Source: a virus (Duplodnaviria > Heunggongvirae > Uroviricota > Caudoviricetes). Taken from it: a DNA stretch of 64,000 nt. Positions within the stretch are counted from its first letter, which is position 1; each line of letters starts with the position of its first letter. The notes beneath the pieces were generated by a model, which saw nothing but the letters and a program-made list of their open reading frames with translations, was not told the DNA's origin and ran no database searches. Of this stretch, positions 8,186 to 16,989 are shown one piece after another. Where the stretch lies: IMG/VR virus record IMGVR_UViG_3300038393_002131, one strand, 5' to 3'. Both the position numbers and the translations under genes were made by a program.

Positions 8186-8719
8186 TCAGAGGGACGCGGC
8201 GTCCTCGGCCTCGGCGCGGGCCCGGCCGACGGTCAGGCCACGGTCGTACTCGGCCTGCTGCCAAGGGTTCTCGTACCACGTCGGCTCGGTGCCGTAGTAG
8301 CCGACGGAGTACCCCTCGGCGAACGCGGACGTCTCCTCAACGTTGCAGAGGCAGCCCTCGCGCGCGCCCGGCACGCGCTCTGCCCGCAGACGGCGCACGG
8401 TGCCACCCTCGAGCCGGAGGTCGGCGACGTCGGAGTGCAGCTGGTCGCGCGTCTGGTGGTAGGTGACGAACGTGCCTGGGGTGCCCTTCCGCTCGCCGAC
8501 GAGCATGTAGTGGACGTGCTCGCGGCCAGCGGCCAGCGCCCACCCGACGTGGTTCTCGCCGGTGTCGGCGCACTCGATGATCGGGACGTACGTGCCAGCG
8601 TTCGGGGCGTTGGTCAGGGCCTCGACGACGCGCTTGACGACGGCGTACTCCTCGTCGGTCAGGTCGAGGGCGACACCGAGGGTGTCCTCGCCGGCGAGGT
8701 AGATGAGACGTTCGGACAT
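8186..8719 (-). CDS. hypothetical protein (~177 aa)
   Basis: Start at M71 (MSERLIY); leader hairpin ggccggggacgctggcccgggcc at ~8742-8765. Confidence 0.55.
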   Translation of the reverse strand: MSERLIYLAGEDTLGVALDLTDEEYAVVKRVVEALTNAPNAGTYVPIIECADTGENHVGWALAAGREHVHYMLVGERKGTPGTFVTYHQTRDQLHSDVADLRLEGGTVRRLRAERVPGAREGCLCNVEETSAFAEGYSVGYYGTEPTWYENPWQQAEYDRGLTVGRARAEAEDAASL

Positions 8720-8807
8720 GGGATGGCTCCTTGGGTGTCGTGGCCGGGGACGCTGGCCCGGGCCGGGTGTGTCGAGCATGGCGCCGGGCGCGCGGTCCGG
8801 CAAGGGT

Positions 8808-9020
8808 TCAGATCGGCGACCCGTCCCGCAGGACGACGCCGGGTGCGATGGGGACGACGTTGACGTCGTCCGGGTAGAACGGGAGGCCGAACACGCGGAC
8901 CTGCTCGCAGTGCCGCTCCCACGCCTCACGGAGCGCCGTGAGCGCGGCCTCCGGGGACTCGGCCAGGGCGGTGAAGTCGTAGTGCCTCGTCGAGTAGGTG
9001 GCGAGGAACAGGGCGCTCAC
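8808..9020 (-). CDS. hypothetical protein (70 aa)
   Basis: Compact ORF; 4-nt overlap with 9017..9373. Confidence 0.5.
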   Translation of the reverse strand: MSALFLATYSTRHYDFTALAESPEAALTALREAWERHCEQVRVFGLPFYPDDVNVVPIAPGVVLRDGSPI

Positions 9021-9373
9021 CGGTCGGCCTCGAACCCGGTCGCGGTGCGGGCGTGGAACCAGTCCCCCGTGGGCCCGTACGCGCCGTCGACGCGCAGCCA
9101 GACCTTCCAGTCGGGGCCGAGGACCGCGCGGTAGACGCGGCCGCGCAGGTGGGCGGTGCCGGGCTGGCCTGCGGGCTGGCCGCGGTGGTGGTCCGGGTTC
9201 GGGTAGAGGCCGTGCTCGAGGACCGTGCCGTCGGTGAGGACGACGACGGTGTCGGGCGTGTGCGGCTCATTCGCGGTCGCGGTCGGGCACTCGACGCGCG
9301 GGTGGCGCTGGGTGGCGACGTGGTCGCCCCGGTCGGCGCAGGTGGCGTGCTCGCGGGTGAGGTTGATGGTCAT
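9017..9373 (-). CDS. hypothetical protein (118 aa)
   Basis: Protein-like ORF with RBS upstream. Confidence 0.55.
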   Translation of the reverse strand: MTINLTREHATCADRGDHVATQRHPRVECPTATANEPHTPDTVVVLTDGTVLEHGLYPNPDHHRGQPAGQPGTAHLRGRVYRAVLGPDWKVWLRVDGAYGPTGDWFHARTATGFEADR

Positions 9374-9416
9374 GGGGATGCCCCGTTCTGCTCGATGGTG
9401 CGGGATGGGTGGGCCG

Positions 9417-9779
9417 TCAGGCGACGGCGGGAAGGTCGGCCAGCTCCTGCGCGATGAACCCGACCTCCCAACGGTTGAGGCCGTTAGCGGCGTGCGTCGG
9501 CTTGCCGTGCACGTCCTGCCACGCGGGCAGGTCGTAGCGGGCCACGTCGTAGCGGTCGATGCCGTAGCCGCGCACCACGAGGACGGTGTCGTCGGCCCGG
9601 TAGATCGTGACGGCGAGGTCGACGTCGCGCGGGTCGAGCTCGACGTCGTACTCGATGCGCTCGTGCCCGAGGTACTGGCCGAGGACGTCGAGGCCGGTCA
9701 GCGACAGCAGGCGGGTGCGGCGGCTGACGGTGCCGGTGTGGGCCGGGGTGACGACCGGGATGGTGGACGTGGCGTGCAT
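9417..9779 (-). CDS. hypothetical protein (~120 aa)
   Basis: Start at M22 (MHATSTI); cassette at 9780-9865 (TTCCCT-N17-TACGCT, hairpin with AGAGCGTC loop). Confidence 0.5.
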   Translation of the reverse strand: MHATSTIPVVTPAHTGTVSRRTRLLSLTGLDVLGQYLGHERIEYDVELDPRDVDLAVTIYRADDTVLVVRGYGIDRYDVARYDLPAWQDVHGKPTHAANGLNRWEVGFIAQELADLPAVA

Positions 9780-9865
9780 GGGATGCCTCCGTGGCGTGTC
9801 TCGGTCGGGACGCTCTCCGACCTGATGTGCAGTAGCGTACACCGGCGCAACGACAGAGGGAAGGG

Positions 9866-10033
9866 TCAGCGCAACGTCACGACGAGGCCGGCCAGCATCA
9901 CCACCACCGCGGCGACGACGCCGGCCAGGGCGGGCCCTCCCCCGTCCGTGCGCGGCACCGCCCGCCGCCGGGCATCCCGGGCGGCGAGCGGCACGAACAG
10001 CGCAGCGGCGGCGAGCAGGGCCAGCAGGGTCAC
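9866..10033 (-). CDS. small two-helix membrane protein (~55 aa)
   Basis: GTG at 10033 overlaps the TGA of the methyltransferase gene (GTGA); strongly hydrophobic. Confidence 0.3.
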   Translation of the reverse strand: MTLLALLAAAALFVPLAARDARRRAVPRTDGGGPALAGVVAAVVVMLAGLVVTLR

Positions 10034-11727
10034 GCGGCGTAGGCGTCGGCGACGACGCCCATGATGTCGCGGGAGCACGGCGGGCACACAGCGTTCCCGG
10101 CCATCTTCACGAGGTCACGCTTCGAGGGGGTCTTGCCCTTCTCGTCCTTGACGTCCCACCGGTAGTTGCGCGGGAACGCCATGCCCGCGGCGGCCTCGTG
10201 CGGTTGCAGCATCCGCAGGTAGCACTCTGACACGAGCTCCTCGGCGCGGCGCAGGTCGCCCGGGTCGACAGCCGGGCGGGGCTTGCGCGGGTCGGCGTGC
10301 ACGAGGGACTGGTGCGCGGCCGTGGTGATGGTCCGCAGGTACTCGGTGACGGGCGTGCTCATCTCGGACCCGCCGTGGTTGTTCCGCATGATGAGGGCGT
10401 GGCGGTCAACGGTCGTGACCGTGTCCATCGCGTCGCTGACCGGCTTCGCCGTCTTGCCGTTGCCGTAGTAGGACTGGATCAGGCTCATGTTGCCGCCCGA
10501 GCCGGTGATGGTCCGCAGGAACTCGTCGACGGGCGTGGAGTGGCGGGCCGGGTCGCCGCCCGGGACGCCGTAGTGGCGGGTGATGAGGGCGTGGTGGTTG
10601 CCGGACGCGGTGAACGTCGCCGCGGGCTCGGTCAGCGGCCGCGTCTCGGAGTGGCCGCCGCGCAGCTCGGCCATGAACGGGGCCGTGGCGAGAGCGGTCT
10701 CGGCGCGGGTCGTCTGCGTGCGCAGCGCCTCCCACATCGCCTGCGCGTCCTTGCCGGCGCGGCCCTCGACGGGCACGGCCAGGGCGTACGCCTCGCGGGT
10801 CGTCAGGGTGCGCAGGGCCTCCTCGACGGAGCGGGCGTCCTCGTTCCACGTCCCGCCCGACGGGACGACGGTCGGCGTCATCCAGTAGCGGGCGATCCCG
10901 GCCGCGATCCTCGCGCGGGTCTTGGCCGCGAGGCGGTCGCCGATCAGGTCGCCCTTGAGGGACCAGTCAATCGCGGTGTAGGCGGGCAGGTAGCCCGGCT
11001 CGACGACGGTGCCGCACGCGCCGTGCACGTAGACGTAGGACTGGCGGTAGCGGCCGACGGTCGCGCCGCCCTTCCACGACTGGTTCGCCTCGATCATCGC
11101 GTCGCACTTCGGGCAGTACGCCTTCGGCCGGAGGATCCGGTCGAGGTCGGGGACCGGGTTGCCCTTGATCCACGCCACGATGAAGATGCGGTCGCGGGAC
11201 TGCGGGGCGGGCATCCCGAACGTCTGAGCGTGCATCGCGTTGAGCGACACGACCCGGAACTCGTAGCCGAGCGCGGTCAGCTGGCGGCGCCACTCGTACC
11301 ACGCGAGCCGGTACTTCGCCTGGACGGCAATGTCGACGACGTTCTCCACGATCACGACGGAGTAGCGGTGGTGCTCGACGAACTTGAGCACGTCGAACAT
11401 CAGCAGCCGGGAGCGGTGCGTCGCCTCGTCCGAGAGCGGGTCGGCGAACAGGCCTTCCTCGATCTTCTCGCGGGCCTTGCCCGATGCCTGGGACCACTTC
11501 GTGCACTCCGGGGAGGCCCACAGGACGTCGGTGCGCTTGAAGAACGACGGGCGTTCCATGTGGAGGTCGACGGCGGCGTGGTCGGTGTCGGGGTGGTTCT
11601 GGTTGTGGACCTCGATCGCGAGCTTCCAGTGGTTCGCGGCCTGCGTCACCCGGACACCGGGGATCTGCACCATGCCGGTCGAGGACCCGCCTGCGCCTGC
11701 GAAGTGGTCAGTGACGGTGAGGGACAT
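10030..11727 (-). CDS. DNA (cytosine-5)-methyltransferase
   Basis: Motif I FAGAGG, motif IV-like SPECTKWS, motif VI VIVENV; 565 aa. Confidence 0.85.
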   Translation of the reverse strand: MSLTVTDHFAGAGGSSTGMVQIPGVRVTQAANHWKLAIEVHNQNHPDTDHAAVDLHMERPSFFKRTDVLWASPECTKWSQASGKAREKIEEGLFADPLSDEATHRSRLLMFDVLKFVEHHRYSVVIVENVVDIAVQAKYRLAWYEWRRQLTALGYEFRVVSLNAMHAQTFGMPAPQSRDRIFIVAWIKGNPVPDLDRILRPKAYCPKCDAMIEANQSWKGGATVGRYRQSYVYVHGACGTVVEPGYLPAYTAIDWSLKGDLIGDRLAAKTRARIAAGIARYWMTPTVVPSGGTWNEDARSVEEALRTLTTREAYALAVPVEGRAGKDAQAMWEALRTQTTRAETALATAPFMAELRGGHSETRPLTEPAATFTASGNHHALITRHYGVPGGDPARHSTPVDEFLRTITGSGGNMSLIQSYYGNGKTAKPVSDAMDTVTTVDRHALIMRNNHGGSEMSTPVTEYLRTITTAAHQSLVHADPRKPRPAVDPGDLRRAEELVSECYLRMLQPHEAAAGMAFPRNYRWDVKDEKGKTPSKRDLVKMAGNAVCPPCSRDIMGVVADAYAA

Positions 11728-11799
11728 GGGGTGGCTCCTTCGTTCGTGTCGGTGCCGGGGACGCTGTCCCGGCTGGTGATGCTGAGTTTGGAGCGGGTC

Positions 11800-11839
11800 G
11801 GCCCGGGGGTCAACGGTTTCGGCCGTCGGCCCCCGGGCC
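11800..11839 (-). terminator. hairpin terminator after gene 11845..12150
   Basis: GGCCCGGGGG / CCCCCGGGCC 10-bp stem with an 18-nt loop. Confidence 0.45.
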
Positions 11840-11844
11840 GGGGT

Positions 11845-12150
11845 TCACTGGTTGTAGTCGGTGAAGATGCGCCAGCTGGACCATGAGCCCTCGGGGTCGC
11901 CCTCGATGCTGAGCGCGTCGCGGACGACCTCGAACGGTGCGCCGACGGCGTCGAGGAACGCCTTCGCGAGCAGGACGGAGGCGTAGTTCTCGCCGAAGGA
12001 GTAGACGTGCTCCCACGACGTTGCCGGCGTGACGAGGTCGTTGCCCTCGTCACGGAACCGGCCGGCGGGGTCACGGGCGAGGAGACTCCCGGCCGGGGCC
12101 CATCCGTCGGCCAGCTGGTCGAACTCTCGCGGGGACATTCGGACGGTCAT
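11845..12150 (-). CDS. hypothetical protein (~101 aa)
   Basis: Start at M142 of the track ORF (MTVRMSP); the His/Arg-rich upstream frame is rejected; terminator at 11800-11839 downstream. Confidence 0.5.
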   Translation of the reverse strand: MTVRMSPREFDQLADGWAPAGSLLARDPAGRFRDEGNDLVTPATSWEHVYSFGENYASVLLAKAFLDAVGAPFEVVRDALSIEGDPEGSWSSWRIFTDYNQ

Positions 12151-12215
12151 GACGGCGCGGCTGTCGCGCGGCGGGTGCTGCACGGGTCGTTCTCCCTGTC
12201 GTGGGTGGGTGTGAG

Positions 12216-12809
12216 TCACTTCGTGGTGAAGACGGCGTCCTCGTGTTCGAGGGTCGGGCTGTACTCCATCACGAGGTCGGTGGTGGTGGTGACGCCGTAG
12301 CCGACCTTGAACTTGGCCGTGCGGCCCGGCCGGATGCTCGAGTTGGGGGTGCCCTCGAGGCCCTTGTCGGTGTCGAACACCGCGCTGGCCTCGGTCTCGC
12401 CCGACATGAGGTTCGGGGTGGCGAACAGGTCGAGCTTCTTCTTGGAGCCGTTCTTGATGGTGACGGTGAACATGACGAACTTCTTGAAGCCGTCGGTGCC
12501 CGCGGCGTACGTCGACGGGGTGAACTTCTTGGGCGTGGAGACGGTGACGCTGGTGCCGTCCTCCCACGTCCACGTCTGGCCGAACCGGATCTCGGACGGG
12601 GCCTCGGGCTCGTCCGGCGTGGTGGCGGCGTCCTCGGCCGTCGTGTCGGTGTCGGGGGTGGGGAAGTTGCCGGGGTCGCTCGTCGTCGACGAGGAGGCGG
12701 CAGCCGGGGCCTTGCCCGGCGTTGCGGCGTTGATGGTGCCGGTGCCGCAGCTGGCGAGGGCCAGGACGCTGAGGCTGGCGGCGGCGATGACGGTGGTGAG
12801 CTTCTTCAT
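12216..12809 (-). CDS. secreted lipoprotein (~197 aa)
   Basis: ATG at 12809; signal peptide MKKLTTVIAAASLSVLALASCG with a lipobox; Thr/Pro-rich linker then beta-rich domain; the track's 5' extension is rejected. Confidence 0.65.
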   Translation of the reverse strand: MKKLTTVIAAASLSVLALASCGTGTINAATPGKAPAAASSSTTSDPGNFPTPDTDTTAEDAATTPDEPEAPSEIRFGQTWTWEDGTSVTVSTPKKFTPSTYAAGTDGFKKFVMFTVTIKNGSKKKLDLFATPNLMSGETEASAVFDTDKGLEGTPNSSIRPGRTAKFKVGYGVTTTTDLVMEYSPTLEHEDAVFTTK

Positions 12810-12852
12810 GGGTTGGTGTTCCTGTTCGGTGTGAGTTCTGCTGCGCGGGTGG

Positions 12853-13389
12853 TCACTTGGAGTCGGTGATGGTGATGTTCGTGCCGTGGTCCGGGTGGAA
12901 GGTCCACCGTGCGGTGAACTGCTCCCACGAGTCGGTCTGCGTGCCGTCCATGGCGCGGGTCTGGCCGATGTGGTCCATGACGCGCGACGGGGCCTTGAGG
13001 AAGGCGAGGACGCACTCGGCGCTGCCCCACGCGTCGGGGCCAGGGTTCTCCTCGGCGGACGCGTTGCGGATCGTGAGGGTGTGGCCCTCGTCCTCGGGCT
13101 GGGCGTGCGTCTTGCACTTCGCGACCGCGTCCTCGATGGGCTGCGCCTTGGTGACGGAGGAGTAGATCCCGACGCCCGCGCCGGCGAGGAGGAGCGCGGC
13201 CACCGCGCCGCCGATGAGGACAGGCCTGCGGTGGTGCTTCTTCGGGGCCGGGGCGCGGGTCGCGCCGGGGGCGATGCCGTCGAGGTCTGCCCATCCGGCA
13301 GTCGGGGCGGCACTGTGAGGCGGCAGGTCGGATGCGGCGGGCTGGGCAGGCGGCGGGTAGGGACCGTACGGCGTGGGCTGATCGGACAT
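12853..13389 (-). CDS. membrane-anchored protein with Pro-rich N-terminus (178 aa)
   Basis: Single TM helix (VLIGGAVAALLLAGAGVGIY) followed by a Cys-containing ectodomain. Confidence 0.55.
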   Translation of the reverse strand: MSDQPTPYGPYPPPAQPAASDLPPHSAAPTAGWADLDGIAPGATRAPAPKKHHRRPVLIGGAVAALLLAGAGVGIYSSVTKAQPIEDAVAKCKTHAQPEDEGHTLTIRNASAEENPGPDAWGSAECVLAFLKAPSRVMDHIGQTRAMDGTQTDSWEQFTARWTFHPDHGTNITITDSK

Positions 13390-13458
13390 GGGTGGATCTC
13401 CCCTTCTCGGGTGTCGGTGATGAGGACGCTGACTCAGGTGGTGCTTGCGGGTCGTGCT

Positions 13459-13494
13459 CCCCTGTGCTCAGCCAGTCTCGACCGAGCACAGGGG
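13459..13494 (-). terminator. hairpin terminator after gene 13527..13919
   Basis: CCCCTGTGCTC / GAGCACAGGGG 11-bp stem. Confidence 0.45.
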
Positions 13495-13526
13495 GTTGTC
13501 ACAGGTTTGGACGAATCGGGCGACTG

Positions 13527-13919
13527 CTACGCGGGCGGGCCCGACATGTTGCGGATGAGGGCCTGCCAGTCGGTGTGCTCGAGCCACGTCTTTTCCATCA
13601 GGTGCGCTGTCACGTTGAGCAGCTTGCGGTGGGTGCGGATCCGCTCGACGGGGAAGGAGTAGTCGTTGTTGCCTGGGCGCGGGTCGCAGGCGTCGTGGTG
13701 GGCGCGCCAGTGCACCTCGTCGGGCATGGCGGCGAAGTCGGCCATGGAGTAGGAGACGAAGCCGTGCTCGTCGGTGTGCTCCTTCTCGAAGGCCCGATAC
13801 TCCTCCTCGCGGCGGTTCACCTCGGCGATGTCGATGTGCAGGTGCCCCTCGGTGTCGGCGATGGGCTCCTTGCACACGGCGCAGGGCCACGTCAGGTCGG
13901 TCGTCTCGATGTTCGTCAT
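13527..13919 (-). CDS. hypothetical Cys/His-containing protein (130 aa)
   Basis: CAVC...H..H cluster; terminator hairpin at 13459-13494 downstream. Confidence 0.55.
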   Translation of the reverse strand: MTNIETTDLTWPCAVCKEPIADTEGHLHIDIAEVNRREEEYRAFEKEHTDEHGFVSYSMADFAAMPDEVHWRAHHDACDPRPGNNDYSFPVERIRTHRKLLNVTAHLMEKTWLEHTDWQALIRNMSGPPA

Positions 13920-13932
13920 GGTCGCGATCCTG

Positions 13933-14490
13933 TCAGGCGGTGACAGCGGCGAGGAGGACCCGCGCTCGGGGCTCGCGGTCGCCGTAGATGTCCGGGTGTG
14001 AGGCCGCGTCGGCGAGGTACTTCTCGGCGACCTCGCGGACGTCGTCGAGCTCGTCAGCGGTGAGCCGGTCGAGGCTCGGGGCCTCAGCCTCCCCGTAGAT
14101 GAAGTCGGTCGCCACCTCCCAGCCGACGCGGCAGATGTTCATGAACGCGGAGCGGTCATAGAACGCGGCCTTGTAGAAGATGCTCACGCGGCGGATGCCG
14201 CGCTCGTCGACGATGTAGGACCACATGGCGTGGGAGGACCCCTCGCGCTTCCACCCGTCGGGCAGGGTCGCCGGGCGGAACATCGGGTCCTCGGGGTCCG
14301 GGTCGCCGAAGGTGAAACCGAGCGCGGCGAAGTCCTCTGGTTCGCCGTGGTTGAGGCGCGTCGGCAGGTACGTGCCACCGACGACCTCGGTCTGCCCGGC
14401 GCGCTCCTGCGCCTCGATGCCGCCCGGGGACGCGCTGATGGCGAGCTTGACGATGTTGTCGTCCTTGCTGGTGTTGCGGGGCTTGGTCAC
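13933..14490 (-). CDS. hypothetical protein (~186 aa)
   Basis: GTG at 14490 overlaps the TGA of gene 14487..14933; RBS GAAGGA; the Arg-rich 5' half of the track ORF is rejected. Confidence 0.5.
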   Translation of the reverse strand: MTKPRNTSKDDNIVKLAISASPGGIEAQERAGQTEVVGGTYLPTRLNHGEPEDFAALGFTFGDPDPEDPMFRPATLPDGWKREGSSHAMWSYIVDERGIRRVSIFYKAAFYDRSAFMNICRVGWEVATDFIYGEAEAPSLDRLTADELDDVREVAEKYLADAASHPDIYGDREPRARVLLAAVTA

Positions 14491-14933
14491 GGTCGGTCCT
14501 TCACGGTGGTCGATGGAACAGGGAGGTGCCGGTCGAGGATCGCGAGGACAGCCTCGTCCTCCATCCAGCCGTGCGTGTCGTCGTCGCCCTGGGCGGCGAG
14601 GAACACCTCCGGCTCGTCGGCCATGACGTCGTGCGGCCAGTCGGAGTAGTCCGTCGGCCAGCCGGGCTGCCCCAGCTCGAGCGTCCAGTGGCCGTGACGG
14701 GCCCGGAAGTAGAACGGGCGACCGTCGACGTTGCGGCCGGTTGCCTGCGTCGGGCACGCGCCGCCGAGCTCGGCGATCTCGTAGTCGCGGCCGGCGCGGA
14801 TGCGCTCCCAGCGTGCGGCCTCGCGGATCTTGCCGCAGTCGTCGCACGGGACGGTGTCGGCCCACAGGACGAGGGCGTCGAACGTGGTGCCGCAGTCCGG
14901 GCAGGTGCGGGCCTCGGTGTCGAAGAAGCCCAC
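14487..14933 (-). CDS. hypothetical zinc-ribbon protein (148 aa)
   Basis: CPDC...CDDC pairs at the N-terminus. Confidence 0.55.
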   Translation of the reverse strand: MGFFDTEARTCPDCGTTFDALVLWADTVPCDDCGKIREAARWERIRAGRDYEIAELGGACPTQATGRNVDGRPFYFRARHGHWTLELGQPGWPTDYSDWPHDVMADEPEVFLAAQGDDDTHGWMEDEAVLAILDRHLPVPSTTVKDRP

Positions 14934-14936
14934 GGG

Positions 14937-15449
14937 TCAGCCCTGCTTTCGGAGGTCGTTGGCGAGGGCGACGATCTTGGACTGTCGCTCGCGCGGGAGG
15001 GCGGCCAGCTGCTCGGCGAGAGCGCGCTCGGCGGCGGTGATCGGCTTGCGGAAGATGCGGTTCGACTCGGCGACCCTGGGGTTCACGGGTCGGGCCGGGG
15101 CGCGGTAGGTCTGGCGGATGCGCTCTGCCTGGGCGGCGTCCTCGGCGGCCCACGCCTCGTAGGCCGTCATGTCCGGGCCGTGGTTGTGGTCGGTCTGGCG
15201 GTCGATCACGTCGAGGTTGCCCTGCACCCACTGCTTCGCGTCGTTCACGGACCAGAACTCGGCCGTGCCGGTCAGGTCAGGGTCCACGACTGCCCGCCAC
15301 GCCCAGCCGTCCCGAATGCCATCCTCGGGGGCGAGCGGGGTCTTGACGAGGACGGGCGCGTCGCGGCCGGCGCGCTCGATCACGATGGGGTGGTCGAGGC
15401 ACATGTGGCTCCCATTCGGGAGGCGCTTCCAGCGGAGTCGCGTGGTCAT
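14937..15449 (-). CDS. hypothetical protein (170 aa)
   Basis: Protein-like ORF in the operon. Confidence 0.55.
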   Translation of the reverse strand: MTTRLRWKRLPNGSHMCLDHPIVIERAGRDAPVLVKTPLAPEDGIRDGWAWRAVVDPDLTGTAEFWSVNDAKQWVQGNLDVIDRQTDHNHGPDMTAYEAWAAEDAAQAERIRQTYRAPARPVNPRVAESNRIFRKPITAAERALAEQLAALPRERQSKIVALANDLRKQG

Positions 15450-15452
15450 GGC

Positions 15453-15692
15453 TCAGGCTCCGTAGGTGGGGAGGTCGAGGGACGGGGTGTCGTCGTGGCC
15501 ACCCCGGGCCCGACCGGCCTCGTCGTCGTCGGCGCGGGCGTCCTGCTCCCGCTCGATCGCGAGCCGCAGGTCGAGCGTGTCGTCGTCGTCGAGGTCCTCG
15601 AGGACGTCCGCGGCGGCGGCGAGCTCGTCGTCGGTGCGCCGGGCCGGTGCGCGGCCGATGGCGCGGGCCTCGTCGATGGTCATGCTGCTCAT
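15453..15692 (-). CDS. small acidic protein (79 aa)
   Basis: Type-example promoter-leader cassette immediately upstream at 15693-15782. Confidence 0.5.
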   Translation of the reverse strand: MSSMTIDEARAIGRAPARRTDDELAAAADVLEDLDDDDTLDLRLAIEREQDARADDDEAGRARGGHDDTPSLDLPTYGA

Positions 15693-15782
15693 GGGGATGC
15701 CCCTTCTGTGTGTCGCGGGCCGGGACGCTTCCGACCCCCTGTGAGGGACTTTAGCGGCTGTGCACTAGCAGGGCAAGGGTTG
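15693..15782 (-). promoter_or_regulatory. type example of the reiterated early promoter-leader cassette
   Basis: Minus sense: TGA-CAACCCTTGCCC(-35)-N17-TAAAGT(-10)-...GGTCGGAAGCGTCCCGGCC hairpin-CGCGACACACAGAAGGGGCATCCCC-ATG. Confidence 0.6.
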
Positions 15783-16829
15783 TCACGCCGACACGCTCGA
15801 CGCGGCCAAGGCGCGCTCGTCGATCACCGCGGCGAGCCGAGCCCCGACCCACTCCCCCAACTTCGCGTGGACACAGTTGCCGAGCATCGTGAACCGGGCC
15901 GACGGCGGCACCCCGGGCACATCGGTCCAGCCGTCGTCGAACCCGGACAGCCGCTCCCACTCCGTGAGGGTCAGAGTGCGGAGCCGGCCGTCGTCGACGA
16001 GCAAGTGCTTCTGCCGCAGCGGGCCGCCCGGGTCGTAGCAGGCGAGGGTGTTCGCGACCTCGGACCGGACCCACGTCTCCCAGCCGCCCTCCTCGATGGA
16101 GGCACGGGCGTTCGCGGACTTGCGCCACACGGTCACGGCGTCGCGGCGACGTCCTCCACTAGGGCGAGCAGCTCCGGGTCGACTCGCGCCATGCCCGGGG
16201 AGAGCAGCCGCGGCAGGAACTTCCGGGCCTGTGCCGGTGTCATCCAGCACTGACCAGGCGACGGTGGGATCTCCCGAACGATGTCCGACCAAGATGATTC
16301 GCGGACGGTCTTGGAGGGTGTCAAGGTGTCCCCCGTCCAGCAGGCGCCACGCGTACCCATACCCGAGGTCCCCCAAGGCACTTTGCGCGTGCCACCAATC
16401 GCGGCCGCCGTTAACGGTGAGAGACCCGTCGGGATTCTCGATGACGACCCACTCGGGTCGGGCCTCGTCGACGAGCCTGATCTGCTCGTAGAACAGGCTC
16501 GAGTCTTTGCCTCGGAGGCCGGTTCGTTTCGTGGCTCCCTTGCTGGTCTGCTTGCAGGGGAATCCCCCCACAAGGACAGTTGGGTCACCGAGGTCTGCTC
16601 CGTTGACATTGCGCACGTCCTCCAAGATCGGGATGCCTGGGAAGCGCGTGGCGAGCACGGAGCGGGCGTGGACGTCCTTCTCCACCATGACGGTGCAGCG
16701 CATGCGGGCGTGCATTCCGAGGTCGAGTCCTCCGATGCCGGAGAACAGGGACGCGAACGTCGTGGGTGTGTGCATGGGTTGGCGCTTCCTGTGTGTCGCG
16801 CGGGGTCGCTTTCCCGCGTCACAGCCCAT
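15783..16829 (-). CDS. DNA (cytosine-5)-methyltransferase, Dcm-like
   Basis: Motif I FASLFSGIGGLDLG, motif IV GFPCKQTS, motif VI-like VVIENP; 348 aa. Confidence 0.8.
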   Translation of the reverse strand: MGCDAGKRPRATHRKRQPMHTPTTFASLFSGIGGLDLGMHARMRCTVMVEKDVHARSVLATRFPGIPILEDVRNVNGADLGDPTVLVGGFPCKQTSKGATKRTGLRGKDSSLFYEQIRLVDEARPEWVVIENPDGSLTVNGGRDWWHAQSALGDLGYGYAWRLLDGGHLDTLQDRPRIILVGHRSGDPTVAWSVLDDTGTGPEVPAAAALPGHGASRPGAARPSGGRRRDAVTVWRKSANARASIEEGGWETWVRSEVANTLACYDPGGPLRQKHLLVDDGRLRTLTLTEWERLSGFDDGWTDVPGVPPSARFTMLGNCVHAKLGEWVGARLAAVIDERALAASSVSA

Positions 16830-16947
16830 TTAGCTGGTGTGCGCTATGGGGGGTCAATGGGGTGGAAGCTACGGTTCAGCTAAGACGTCGTGATCGGCAG
16901 GTTCTCGTGCCGCCATGTGCCGCCTGAGCTGCGGAAACGGGCATGCG

Positions 16948-16981
16948 AAAGGCCCGCCCCGGGCGTGCGGGGCGGGCCTTT
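16948..16981 (-). terminator. terminator after the LysM gene
   Basis: AAAGGCCCGCCCC-gggcgtg-CGGGGCGGGCCTTT then a T-rich run in minus sense. Confidence 0.55.
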
Positions 16982-16989
16982 CGTGAGGG

